A stretch of 64,000 nucleotides of DNA, taken from Eledone cirrhosa (Eukaryota). Position numbers and translations under genes: made by a program. The notes beneath the pieces are model-generated. The model had not been told where the DNA came from. It did not search any database and saw only the letters and a program-made list of their open reading frames with translations. Positions 28,200 to 42,930 of the stretch are shown here, piece after piece (positions within the stretch are counted from its first letter, which is position 1; every line of letters starts with the position of its first letter). The stretch is from assembly GCA_964016885.1 (NCBI GenBank), contig OZ024752.1, positions 27,652,001-27,716,000 of the forward strand, in the 5' to 3' direction.

Positions 28200-31100
28200 A
28201 CAAACTGTGGAACTAGTACCAACTACGGCTATCAACACACACACTGTGGAACTAGTACCAACTTTGTCTATCAACACACAAACTGTGGAACTAGTACCAA
28301 CTTCGGTTATCAACACACAATGTGTGGAACTAGTACCAACTTCGGCTATCAACACACAAACTGTGGAACTAGTACCAACTTCGGTTATCAACACACAATT
28401 TGTGAAACTAGTACCAACTTCGGCTATCAACACACAAACTGCGGAACTAGTACCAACTTCGTCTATCAACACACAAACTGTGGAACTAGTTCCAACTTCG
28501 GCTATCAACACACAAACTGTGGAACTAGTAGCAACTTCGGCTATCAACACACAAACTGTGGAACTAGTACAAACTTCGGCTATCAACACACAAACTGTGG
28601 AACTAGTACCAACTTCGGCTATCAACACTCAAACTGTGGAACTAGTACCAACTTCGGCTATCAACACACAAACTGTGGAACTAGTACCAAATTCGGCTAT
28701 CAACACACAAACTGTGGAACTAGTACCAACTTCGTCTATCAACACACAAACTGTGGAACTAGTACAAACTTCGTCTATCAACACACAAACTGTGGAACTA
28801 GTACCAACTTCGTCTATCAACACACAAACTGTGGAACTAGTACCAACTTCGGTTATCAACACAATCTGTCGAACTAGTACCAACTTCGGCTATCAACACA
28901 CAAACTGTGGAACTAGTACAAACTTCGTCTATCAACACACAAACTGTGGAACTAGTACCAACTTCGTCTATCAACACACAAACTGTGGAACTAGTACCAA
29001 CCTCTTCTATCAACACACAAACTGTGGAACTAGTACCAACTTCGTCTATCAAGACACAAACTGTGGAACTAGTACAAACTTCGTCTATCAACACACAAAC
29101 TGTGGAACTAGTACCAACTTCGTCTATCAACACACAAACTGTGGAACTAGTACCAACTTCGTCTATCAACACACAAACTGTGGAACTAGTACCAACTTCG
29201 TCTATAAACACACAAACTGTGGAACTAGTACCAACTTCGGCTATCAACACACAAACTGTGGAACTAGTACCAACTACGGCTATCAACACACACACTGTGG
29301 AACTAGTAGCAACTTTGTCTATCAACACACAAACTGTGGAACTAGTACCAACTTCGGTTATCAACACACAATGTGTGGAACTAGTACCAACTTCGGCTAT
29401 CAACACACAAACTGTGGAACTAGTACCAACTTCGGTTATCAACACACAATTTGTGGAACTAGTACCAACTTCGGCTATCAACACACAAACTGTGGAACTA
29501 GTACCAACTTCGTCTATCAACACACAAACTGTGGAACTAGTTCCAACTTCGGCTATCAACACACAAACTGTGGAACTAGTAGCAATTGGGCTATCAACAC
29601 ACAAACTGTGGAACTAGTACCAACTTCGGCTATCAACACACAAACTGGGGAACTAGTACCAACTTCGGCTATCAACACACAATCTGTGGAACTAGTACAA
29701 ACTTCGGCTATCAACACACAAACTGTTGAACTAGTACCAACTTCGGCTATCAACACACAATCTGTGGAACTAGTACCAACTTCCGCTATCAACACACAAA
29801 CTGTGGAACTAGTACCAACTTCGGCTATCAACACACAAACTGTGGAACTAGTACCAACTTCGGCTATCAACACACAATCTGTGGAACTAGTACCAACTAC
29901 GGCTATCAACACACAAACTGTGGAACTAGTTCCAACTTCGGCTATCAACACACAAACTGTGGAACTAGTACCAACTTCGGCTATCAACACACAAACTGTG
30001 GAACTAGTACCAACTTCGGCTATCAACACACAAACTGTGGAACTAGTACCAACTTCGGCTATCAACACACAAACTGTGGAACTAGTACCAACTTCGGCTA
30101 TCAACACTCAATCTGTGGAACTAGTACAAACTTCGGCTATCAACACACAAACTGTGGAACTAGTACCAACTTCGGCTATCAACACACAATCTGTGGAACT
30201 AGTACCAACTTCGGCTATCAACACACAAACCGTGGAACTAGTACCAACTGCGGCTATCAACACACAATCTGTGGAACTAATACCAACTTCCGCTATCAAC
30301 ACACAAACTGTGGAACTAGTACCAACTTCGGCTATCAACACACAAACTGTGGAACTAGTACCAACTTCGGCTATCAACACACAAACTGTGGAACTAGTAC
30401 CAACTGCGGCTATCAACACACAAACTGTGGAACTATTACCAACTGCGGCTATCAACACACAATCTGTGGAACTAGTACCAACTTCGGCTATCAACACACA
30501 AACTGTGGAACTAGTACCAACTTCGGCTATCAACACACAAACTGTGGAACTAGTACCAACTTCGGCTATCAACACACAAACTGTGGAACTAGTACCAACT
30601 TCGGCTATCAACACACAAACTGTGGAACTAGTACCAACTTCGTCTATCAACACACAAACTGTGGAACTAGTACAAACTTCGTCTATCAACACACAAACTG
30701 TGGAACTAGTACCAACTTCGTCTATCAACACACAAACTGTGGAACAAGTACAAACTTCGTCTATCAACACACACACTGTGGAACTAGTACCAACTTCGTC
30801 TATCAACACACATACTGTGGAACTAGTACAAACTTCGTCTATCAACACACAAACTGTGGAACTAGTACCAACTTCGTCTATCAACACACAAACTGTGGAA
30901 CTAGTACCAACTTCGTCTATAAACACACAAACTGTGGAACTAGTACCAACTTCGGCTATCAACACACAAACTGTGGAACTAGTACCAACTTCGTCTATCA
31001 ACACACAAACTGTGGAACTAGTTCCAACTTCGGCTATCAACACACAAACTGTGGAACTAGTACCAACTTCGGCTATCAACACACAATCTGTGGAACTAGT

Positions 31101-34100
31101 ACAAACTTCGGCTATCAACACACAAACTGTGGAACTAGTACCAACTTCGGCTATCAACACACAATCTGTGGAACTAGTACCAACTACGGCTATCAACACA
31201 CAAACTGTGGAACTAGTTCCAAGTTCGGCTATCAACACACAAACTGTGGAACTAGTAGCAACTTCGGCTATCAACACACAAACTGTGGAACTAGTACCAA
31301 CTTCGGCTATCAACACACAAACTGTGGAACTAGTACCAACTTCGGCTATCAACACACAATCTGTGGAACTAGTACCAACTTCCGCTATCAACACACAAAC
31401 TGTGGAACTAGTACCAACTACGGCTATCAACACACAAACTGTGGAACTAGTACCAACTTCGGCTATCAACACACAAACTGTGGAACTAGTAGCAACTTCG
31501 GCTATCAACACACAAACTGTGGAACTAGTCCCAAATTCGGCTATCAACACACAAACTGTGGAACTAGTAGCAACTTCGGCTATCAACACACAAACTGTGG
31601 AACTAGTACAAACTTCGGCTATCAACACACAAACTATGGAACTAGTACCAACTACGGCTATCAACACACAAACTGTGGAATTAGTACCAACTGCGGCTAT
31701 CAACACACAATCTGTGGAACTAATACCAATTTCGGCTATCAACACACAAACTGTGGAACTAGTACCAACTTCGGCTATCAACACACAAACTGTGGAACTA
31801 GTACCAACTTCGGCTATCAACACACAAACTGTGGAACTAGTACCAACTTCGGCTATCTACACACAAACTGTGGAACTAGTACCAACTTCGGCTATCAACA
31901 CACAAACTGTGGAACTAGTACCAACTTCGTCTATCAACACACAAACTGTGGAACTAGTACAAACTTCGTCTATCAACACACAAACTGTGGAACTAGTACC
32001 AACTTCGTCTATCAACACACAAACTGTGGAACTAGTACCAACTTCGGTTATCAACACAATCTGTCGAACTAGTACCAACTTCGGATATCAACACACAAAC
32101 TGTGGAACTAGTACAAACTTCGTCTATCAACACACAAACTGTGGAACTAGTACCAACTTCGTCTATCAACACATAAACTGTGGAACTAGTACCAACTTCT
32201 TCTATCAACACACAAACTGTGGAACTAGTACCAACTTCGGCTATCAACACACAAACTGTGGAACTAGTACAAACTTCGTCTATCAAGACACAAACTGTGG
32301 AACTAGTACAAACTTCGTCTATCAACACACAAACTGTGGAACTAGTACCAACTTCGTCTATCAACACACAAACTGTGGAACTAGTACCAACTTCGGCTAT
32401 CAACACACAAACTGTGGAACTAGTACCAACTACGGCTATCAACACACACACTGTGGAACTAGTACCAACTTTGTCTATCAACACACAAACTGTGGAACTA
32501 GTACCAACTTCGGTTATCAACACACAATGTGTGGAACTAGTACCAACTTCGGCTATCAACACACAAACTGTGGAACTAGTACCAACTTCGGTTATCAACA
32601 CACAATTTGTGAAACTAGTACCAACTTCGGCTATCAACACACAAACTGCGGAACTAGTACCAACTTCGTCTATCAACACACAAACTGTGGAACTAGTTCC
32701 AACTTCGGCTATCAACACACAAACTGTGGAACTAGTAGCAACTTCGGCTATCAACACACAAACTGTGGAACTAGTACAAACTTCGGCTATCAACACACAA
32801 ACTGTGGAACTAGTACCAACTTCGGCTATCAACACTCAAACTGTGGAACTAGTACCAACTTCGGCTATCAACACACAAACTGTGGAACTAGTACCAAATT
32901 CGGCTATCAACACACAAACTGTGGAACTAGTACCAACTTCGTCTATCAACACACAAACTGTGGAACTAGTACAAACTTCGTCTATCAACACACAAACTGT
33001 GGAACTAGTACCAACTTCGTCTATCAACACACAAACTGTGGAACTAGTACCAACTTCGGTTATCAACACAATCTGTCGAACTAGTACCAACTTCGGCTAT
33101 CAACACACAAACTGTGGAACTAGTACAAACTTCGTCTATCAACACACAAACTGTGGAACTAGTACCAACTTCGTCTATCAACACACAAACTGTGGAACTA
33201 GTACCAACCTCTTCTATCAACACACAAACTGTGGAACTAGTACCAACTTCGTCTATCAAGACACAAACTGTGGAACTAGTACAAACTTCGTCTATCAACA
33301 CACAAACTGTGGAACTAGTACCAACTTCGTCTATCAACACACAAACTGTGGAACTAGTACCAACTTCGTCTATCAACACACAAACTGTGGAACTAGTACC
33401 AACTTCGTCTATAAACACACAAACTGTGGAACTAGTACCAACTTCGGCTATCAACACACAAACTGTGGAACTAGTACCAACTACGGCTATCAACACACAC
33501 ACTGTGGAACTAGTAGCAACTTTGTCTATCAACACACAAACTGTGGAACTAGTACCAACTTCGGTTATCAACACACAATGTGTGGAACTAGTACCAACTT
33601 CGGCTATCAACACACAAACTGTGGAACTAGTACCAACTTCGGTTATCAACACACAATTTGTGGAACTAGTACCAACTTCGGCTATCAACACACAAACTGT
33701 GGAACTAGTACCAACTTCGTCTATCAACACACAAACTGTGGAACTAGTTCCAACTTCGGCTATCAACACACAAACTGTGGAACTAGTAGCAATTGGGCTA
33801 TCAACACACAAACTGTGGAACTAGTACCAACTTCGGCTATCAACACACAAACTGGGGAACTAGTACCAACTTCGGCTATCAACACACAATCTGTGGAACT
33901 AGTACAAACTTCGGCTATCAACACACAAACTGTTGAACTAGTACCAACTTCGGCTATCAACACACAATCTGTGGAACTAGTACCAACTTCCGCTATCAAC
34001 ACACAAACTGTGGAACTAGTACCAACTTCGGCTATCAACACACAAACTGTGGAACTAGTACCAACTTCGGCTATCAACACACAATCTGTGGAACTAGTAC

Positions 34101-34900
34101 CAACTACGGCTATCAACACACAAACTGTGGAACTAGTTCCAACTTCGGCTATCAACACACAAACTGTGGAACTAGTACCAACTTCGGCTATCAACACACA
34201 AACTGTGGAACTAGTACCAACTTCGGCTATCAACACACAAACTGTGGAACTAGTACCAACTTCGGCTATCAACACACAAACTGTGGAACTAGTACCAACT
34301 TCGGCTATCAACACTCAATCTGTGGAACTAGTACAAACTTCGGCTATCAACACACAAACTGTGGAACTAGTACCAACTTCGGCTATCAACACACAATCTG
34401 TGGAACTAGTACCAACTTCGGCTATCAACACACAAACCGTGGAACTAGTACCAACTGCGGCTATCAACACACAATCTGTGGAACTAATACCAACTTCGGC
34501 TATCAACACACAAACTGTGGAACTAGTACCAACTTCGGCTATCAACACACAAACTGTGGAACTAGTACCAACTTCGGCTATCAACACACAAACTGTGGAA
34601 CTAGTACCAACTGCGGCTATCAACACACAAACTGTGGAACTATTACCAACTGCGGCTATCAACACACAATCTGTGGAACTAGTACCAACTTCGGCTATCA
34701 ACACACAAACTGTGGAACTAGTACCAACTTCGGCTATCAACACACAAACTGTGGAACTAGTACCAACTTCGGCTATCAACACACAAACTGTGGAACTAGT
34801 ACCAACTTCGGCTATCAACACACAAACTGTGGAACTAGTACCAACTTCGTCTATCAACACACAAACTGTGGAACTAGTACAAACTTCGTCTATCAACACA
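28200..34900. repeat. Higher-order duplication, offset 4,207 bp (108 monomers minus 5 bp): ~28.2-30.7 kb repeated at ~32.4-34.9 kb
   Basis: ORF pairs 28629/32836, 28837/33044, 28907/33114, 29556/33763 and 30108/34315; private markers ACTGGGGAAC (~29644/~33851) and CTGTTGAAC (~29723/~33930). Confidence 0.9.
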
Positions 34901-37900
34901 CAAACTGTGGAACTAGTACCAACTTCGTCTATCAACACACAAACTGTGGAACTAGTACCAACTTCGGTTATCAACACAATCTGTCGAACTAGTACCAACT
35001 TCGGCTATCAACACACAAACTGTGGAACTAGTTCCAACTTCGGCTATCAACACACAAACTGTGGAACTAGTACCAACTTCGGCTATCAACACACAATCTG
35101 TGGAACTAGTACAAACTTCGGCTATCAACACACAAACTGTGGGACTAGTACCAACTTCGGCTATCAACACACAATCTGTGGAACTAGTACCAACTACGGC
35201 TATCAACACACAAACTGTGGAACTAGTTCCAAGTTCGGCTATCAACACACAAACTGTGGAACTAGTAGCAACTTCGGCTATCAACACACAGACTGTGGAA
35301 CTAGTACAAACTTCGGCTATCAACACACAATCTGTGGAACTAGTACAAACTTCGGCTATCAACACACAAACTGTGGAACTAGTACCAACTTCGGCTATCA
35401 ACACACAATCTGTGGAACTAGTACCAACTTCCGCTATCAACACACAAACTGTGGAACTAGTACCAACTACGGCTATCAACACACAAACTGTGGAACTAGT
35501 ACCAACTTCGGCTATCAACACACAAACTGTGGAACTAGTAGCAACTTCGGCTATCAACACACAAACTGTGGAACTAGTTCCAACTTCGGCTATCAACACA
35601 CAAACTGTGGAACTAGTAGCAACTTCGGCTATCAACACACAAACTGTGGAACTAGTACAAACTTCGGCTATCAACACACAAACTGTGGAACTAGTACCAA
35701 CTACGGCTATCAACACACAAACTGTGGAACTAGTACCAACTGCGGCTATCAACACACAATCTGTGGAACTAATACCAATTTCGGCTATCAACACACAAAC
35801 TGTGGAACTAGTACCAACTTCGGCTATCAACACACAAACTGTGGAACTAGTACCAACTTCGGCTATCAACACACAAACTGTGGAACTAGTACCAACTTCG
35901 GCTATCTACACACAAACTGTGGAACTAGTACCAACTTCGGCTATCAACACACAAACTGTGGAACTAGTACCAACTTCGTCTATCAAGACACAATCTGTGG
36001 AACTAGTTTAAACTTCGTCTATCAACACACAAACTGTGGAACTAGTACCAACTTCGTCTATCAACACACAAACTGTGGAACAAGTACAAACTTCGTCTAT
36101 CAACACACACACTCTGGAACTAGTACCAACTTCGTCTATCAACACACATACTGTGGAACTAGTACAAACTTCGTCTATCAACACACAAACTGTGGAACTA
36201 GTACCAACTTCGTCTATCAACACACAAACTGTGGAACTAGTACCAACTTCGTCTATAAACACACAAACTGTGGAACTAGTACCAACTTCGGCTATCAACA
36301 CACAAACTGTGGAACTAGTACCAACTACGGCTATCAACACACACACTGTGGAACTAGTACCAACTTTGTCTATCAACACACAAACTGTGGAACTAGTACC
36401 AATTTCGGTTATCAACACACAATGTGTGGAACTAGTACCAACTTCGGCTATCAACACACAAACTGTGGAACTAGTACCAACTTCGGTTATCAACACACAA
36501 TTTGTGGAACTAGTACCAACTTCGGCTATCAACACACAAACTGCGGAACTAGTACCAACTTCGTCTATCAACACACAAACTGTGGAACTAGTTCCAACTT
36601 CGGCTATCAACACACAAACTGTGGAACTAGTAGCAACTTCGGCTATCAACACACAAACTGTGAAACTAGTACAAACTTCGGCTATCAACACACAAACTGT
36701 GGAACTAGTACCAACTACGGCTATCAACACACAAACTGTGGAACTAGTACCAACTTCGGCTATCAACACACAAACTGTGGAACTAGTACCAACTGCGGCT
36801 ATCAACACACAATCTGTGGAACTAATACCAACTTCGGCTATCAACACACAAACTGTGGAACTAGTACCAACTTCGGCTATCAACACACAAACTGTGGAAC
36901 TAGTACCAACTTCGGCTATCAACACACAAACTGTGGAACTTGTACCAACTTCGTCTATCAACACACAAACTGTGGAACTAGTACCAACTTCGGTTATCAA
37001 CACAATCTGTCGAACTAGTACCAACTTCGGCTATCAACACACAAACTGTGGAACTAGTACAAACTTCGTCTATCAACACACAAACTGTGGAATTAGTACC
37101 AACTTCGTCTATCAACACACAAACTGTGGAACTAGTACAAACTTCGGCTATCAACACACAAACTGTGGAACTAGTACCAACTACGGCTATCAACACACAA
37201 ACTGTGGAACTAGTACCAACTTCGGCTATCAACACACAAACTGTGGAACTAGTACCAACTGCGGCTATCAACACACAATCTGTGGAACTAATACCAACTT
37301 CGGCTATCAACACACAAGCTGTGGAACTAGTACCAGCTTCGGCTATCAACACATAAACTGTGGAACTAGTACCAACTTCGGCTATCAACACACAAACTGT
37401 GGAACTAGTACCAACTTCGGCTATCAACACACAATCTGTGGAACTAGTACCAACTTCAGCTATCAACACACAAACTGTGGAACTAGTACCAACTTCGGCT
37501 ATCAACACACAATCTGTGGAACTAGTATAAACTTCGGCTATCAACACACAAACTGTGGAACTAGTACCAACTACGGCTATCAACACACAAACTGTGGAAA
37601 TAGTACCAACTTCGGCTATCAACACACAAACTGTGGAACTAGTACCAACTACGGCTATCAACACACAAACTGTGGAACTAGTACCAACTTCGGCTATCAA
37701 CACACAAACTGTGGAACTAGTACCAACTTCGGCTATCAACACACAAACTGTGGAACTAGTACCAACTTCGGCTATCAACACACAAGCTGTGGAACTAGTA
37801 CAAACTTCGGCTATCAACACACAAACTGTGGAACTAGTACCAACTTCGGCTATCAACACACAATCTGTGGAACTAGTACCAACTACGGCTATCAACACAC

Positions 37901-40900
37901 AAACTGTGGAACTAGTTCCAAGTTCGGCTATCAACACACAAACTGTGGAACTAGTAGCAACTTCGGCTATCAACACACAAACTGTGGAACTAGTACCAAC
38001 TTCGGCTATCAACACACAAACTGTGGAACTAGTACCAACTTCGGCTATCAACACACAATCTGTGGAACTAGTACAAACTTCGGCTATCAACACACAACTG
38101 TGGAACTAGTACCAACTTCGGCTATCAACACACAATCTGTGGAACTAGTACCAACTTCCGCTATCAACACACAAACTGTGGAACTAGTACCAACTTCGGC
38201 TATCAACACACAAACTGTGGAACTAGTACCAACTACGTCTATCAACACACAAACTGTGGAACTAGTACCAACTTCGGCTATCAACACACAAACTGTGGAA
38301 CTAGTACCAACTACGGCTATCAACACACAAACTGTGGAACTAGTACCAACTTCGGCTATCAACACACAATCTGTGGAACTAGTACCAACTTCCGCTATCA
38401 ACACACAAACTGTGGAACTAGTACCAACTTCGGCTATCAACACACAAACTGTGGAACTAGTACCAACTACGGCTATCAACACACAAACTGTGGAACTAGT
38501 TCCAACTTCGGCTATCAACACACAAACTGTGGAACTAGTACCAACTTCGGCTATCAACACACAAACTGTGGAACTAGTACCAACTTCGGCTATCAACACA
38601 CAATCTGTGGAACTAATACCAACTTCGGCTATCAACACACAAACTGTGGAACTAGTACCAACTTCGGCTATCAACACACAAACTGTGGAACTAGTACCAA
38701 CTGCGGCTATCAACACACAAACTGTGGAACTAGTACCAACTGCGGCTATCAACACACAATCTGTGGAACTAGTACCAACTTCGGCTATCAACACACAAAC
38801 TGTGGAACTAGTACCAACTTCGGCTATCAACACACAAACTGTGGAACTAGTACCAACTTCGGCTATCAACACACAAACTGTGGAACTAGTACCAACTTCG
38901 GCTATCAACACACAAACTGTGGAACTAGTGCCAACTTCGTCTATCAACACACAAACTGTGGAACTAGTACAAACTTCGTCTATCAACACACAAACTGTGG
39001 AACTAGTACCAACTTCGTCTATCAACACACAAACTGTGGAACTAGTACCAACTTCGGTTATCAACACAATCTGTCGAACTAGTACCAACTTCGGCTATCA
39101 ACACACAAACTGTGGAACTAGTTCCAACTTCGGCTATCAACACACAAACTGTGGAACTAGTACCAACTTCGGCTATCAACACACAATCTGTGGAACTAGT
39201 ACAAACTTCGGCTATCAACACACAAACTGTGGAACTAGTACCAACTTCGGCTATCAACACACAATCTGTGGAACTAGTACCAACTACGGCTATTAACACA
39301 CAAACTGTGGAACTAGTTCCAAGTTCGGCTATCAACACACAAACTGTGGAACTAGTAGCAACTTCGGCTATCAACACACAAACTGTGGAACTAGTACCAA
39401 CTTCGGCTATCAACACACAAACTGTGGAACTAGTACCAACTTCGGCTATCAACACACAATCTGTGGAACTAGTACCAACTTCAGCTATCAACACACAAAC
39501 TGTGGAACTAGTACCAACTACGGCTATCAACACACAAACTGTGGAACTAGTACCAACTTCGGCTATCAACACACAAACTGTGGAACTAGTTCCAACTTCG
39601 GCTATCAACACACAAACTGTGGAACTAGTAGCAACTTCGGCTATCAACACACAAACTGTGGAACTAGTACAAACTTCGGCTATCAACACACAAACTGTGG
39701 AACTAGTACCAACTACGGCTATCAACACACAAACTGTGGAACTAGTACCAACTGCGGCTATCAACACACAATCTGTGGAACTAATACCAATTTCGGCTAT
39801 CAACACACACTGTGGAACTAGTACCAACTTCGGCTATCAACACACAAACTGTGGAACTAGTACAAACTTCGGCTATCAACACACAAACTGTGGAACTAGT
39901 ACCAACTTCGGCTATCTACACACAAACTGTGGAACTAGTACCAACTTCGGCTATCAACACACAAACTGTGGAACTAGTACCAACTTCGTCTATCAACACA
40001 CAAACTGCGGAACTAGTACAAACTTCGTCTATCAACACACAAACTGTGGAACTAGTACCAACTTCGTCTATCAACACACAAACTGTGGAACTAGTACCAA
40101 CTTCGGTTATCAACACAATCTGTCGAACTAGTACCAACTTCGGCTATCAACACACAAACTGTGGAACTAGTACAAACTTCGTCTATCAACACACAAACTG
40201 TGGAACAAGTACCAACTTCGTCTATCAACACACAAACTGTGGAACTAGTACCAACTTCTTCTATCAACACACAAACTGTGGAACTAGTACCAACTTCGGC
40301 TATCAACACACAAACTGTGGAACTTGTACAAACTTCGTCTATCAAGACACAAACTGTGGAACTAGTACAAACTTCGTCTATCAACACACAAACTGTGGAA
40401 CTAGTACCAACTTCGTCTATCAACACACAAACTGTGGAACAAGTACAAACTTCGTCTATCAACACACACACTGTGGAACTAGTACCAACTTCGTCTATCA
40501 ACACACATACTGTGGAACTAGTACAAACTTCGTCTATCAACACACAAACTGTGGAACTAGTACCAACTTCGTCTATCAACACACAAACTGTGGAACTAGT
40601 ACCAACTTCGTCTATAAACACACAAACTGTGGAACTAGTACCAACTTCGGCTATCAACACACAAACTGTGGAACTAGTACCAACTTCGTCTATCAACACA
40701 CAAACTGTGGAACTAGTTCCAACTTCGGCTATCAACACACAAACTGTGGAACTAGTACCAACTTCGGCTATCAACACACAATCTGTGGAACTAGTACAAA
40801 CTTCGGCTATCAACACACAAACTGTGGAACTAGTACCAACTTCGGCTATCAACACACAATCTGTGGAACTAGTACCAACTACGGCTATCAACACACAAAC

Positions 40901-41129
40901 TGTGGAACTAGTTCCAAGTTCGGCTATCAACACACAAACTGTGGAACTAGTAGCAACTTCGGCTATCAACACACAAACTGTGGAACTAGTACCAACTTCG
41001 GCTATCAACACACAAACTGTGGAACTAGTACCAACTTCGGCTATCAACACACAATCTGTGGAACTAGTACCAACTTCCGCTATCAACACACAAACTGTGG
41101 AACTAGTACCAACTACGGCTATCAACACA

Positions 41130-42930
41130 CAAACTGTGGAACTAGTACCAACTTCGGCTATCAACACACAAACTGTGGAACTAGTAGCAACTTCGGCTAT
41201 CAACACACAAACCGTGGAACTAGTTCCAAATTCGGCTATCAACACACAAACTGTGGAACTAGTAGCAACTTCGGCTATCAACACACAAACTGTGGAACTA
41301 GTACAAACTTCGGCTATCAACACACAAACTATGGAACTAGTACCAACTACGGCTATCAACACACAAACTGTGGAACTAGTACCAACTGCGGCTATCAACA
41401 CACAATCTGTGGAACTAATACCAATTTCGGCTATCAACACACAAACTGTGGAACTAGTACCAACTTCGGCTATCAACACACAAACAGTGGAACTAGTACC
41501 AACTTCGGCTATCAACACACAAACTGTGGAACTAGTACCAACTTCGGCTATCTACACACAAACTGTGGAACTAGTACCAACTTCGGCTATCAACACACAA
41601 ACTGTGGAACTAGTACCAACTTCGTCTATCAACACACAAACTGTGGAACTAGTACAAACTTCGTCTATCAACACACAAACTGTGGAACTAGTACCAACTT
41701 CGTCTATCAACACACAAACTGTGGAACTAGTACCAACTTCGGTTATCAACACAATCTGTCGAACTAGTACCAACTTCGGCTATCAACACACAAACTGTGG
41801 AACTAGTACAAACTTCGTCTATCAACACACAAACTGTGGAACTAGTACCAACTTCGTCTATCAACACACAAACTGTGGAACTAGTACCAACTTCTTCTAT
41901 CAACACACAAACTGTGGAACTAGTACCAACTTCGGCTATCAACACACAAACTGTGGAACTAGTACAAACTTCGTCTATCAAGACACAAACTGTGGAACTA
42001 GTACAAACTTCGTCTATCAACACACAAACTGTGGAACTAGTACCAACTTCGGCTATCAACACACAAACTGTGGAACTAGTAGCAACTTCGGCTATCAACA
42101 CACAAACCGTGGAACTAGTTCCAAATTCGGCTATCAACACACAAACTGTGGAACTAGTAGCAACTTCGGCTATCAACACACAAACTGTGGAACTAGTACA
42201 AACTTCGGCTATCAACACACAAACTATGGAACTAGTACCAACTACGGCTATCAACACACAAACTGTGGAACTAGTACCAACTGCGGCTATCAACACACAA
42301 TCTGTGGAACTAATACCAATTTCGGCTATCAACACACAAACTGTGGAACTAGTACCAACTTCGGCTATCAACACACAAACAGTGGAACTAGTACCAACTT
42401 CGGCTATCAACACACAAACTGTGGAACTAGTACCAACTTCGGCTATCTACACACAAACTGTGGAACTAGTACCAACTTCGGCTATCAACACACAAACTGT
42501 GGAACTAGTACCAACTTCGTCTATCAACACACAAACTGTGGAACTAGTACAAACTTCGTCTATCAACACACAAACTGTGGAACTAGTACCAACTTCGTCT
42601 ATCAACACACAAACTGTGGAACTAGTACCAACTTCGGTTATCAACACAATCTGTCGAACTAGTACCAACTTCGGCTATCAACACACAAACTGTGGAACTA
42701 GTACAAACTTCGTCTATCAACACACAAACTGTGGAACTAGTACCAACTTCGTCTATCAACACACAAACTGTGGAACTAGTACCAACTTCTTCTATCAACA
42801 CACAAACTGTGGAACTAGTACCAACTTCGGCTATCAACACACAAACTGTGGAACTAGTACAAACTTCGTCTATCAAGACACAAACTGTGGAACTAGTACA
42901 AACTTCGTCTATCAACACACAAACTGTGGA
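41130..42930. repeat. Tandem 23-monomer (895-bp) duplication
   Basis: ORF pairs 41552/42447, 41727/42622 and 41797/42692; markers AACCGTGG..TTCCAAAT (~41210/~42105) and AACAGTGG (~41483/~42378). Confidence 0.85.

Larger units (their letters stand above)
13650..37750. repeat. Long-range duplication, offset ~19,471 bp (500 monomers minus 29 bp): ~13.7-18.3 kb repeated at ~33.1-37.7 kb
   Basis: ORF pairs 15481/34952, 15551/35022 and 17507/36978 (offset 19,432 just upstream, one monomer fewer); markers GTGGGACTA (~15668/~35139), CACAGACT, CACTCTGG (~16639/~36110), AAGCTGT..CCAGCTT and GTATAAAC. Confidence 0.85.
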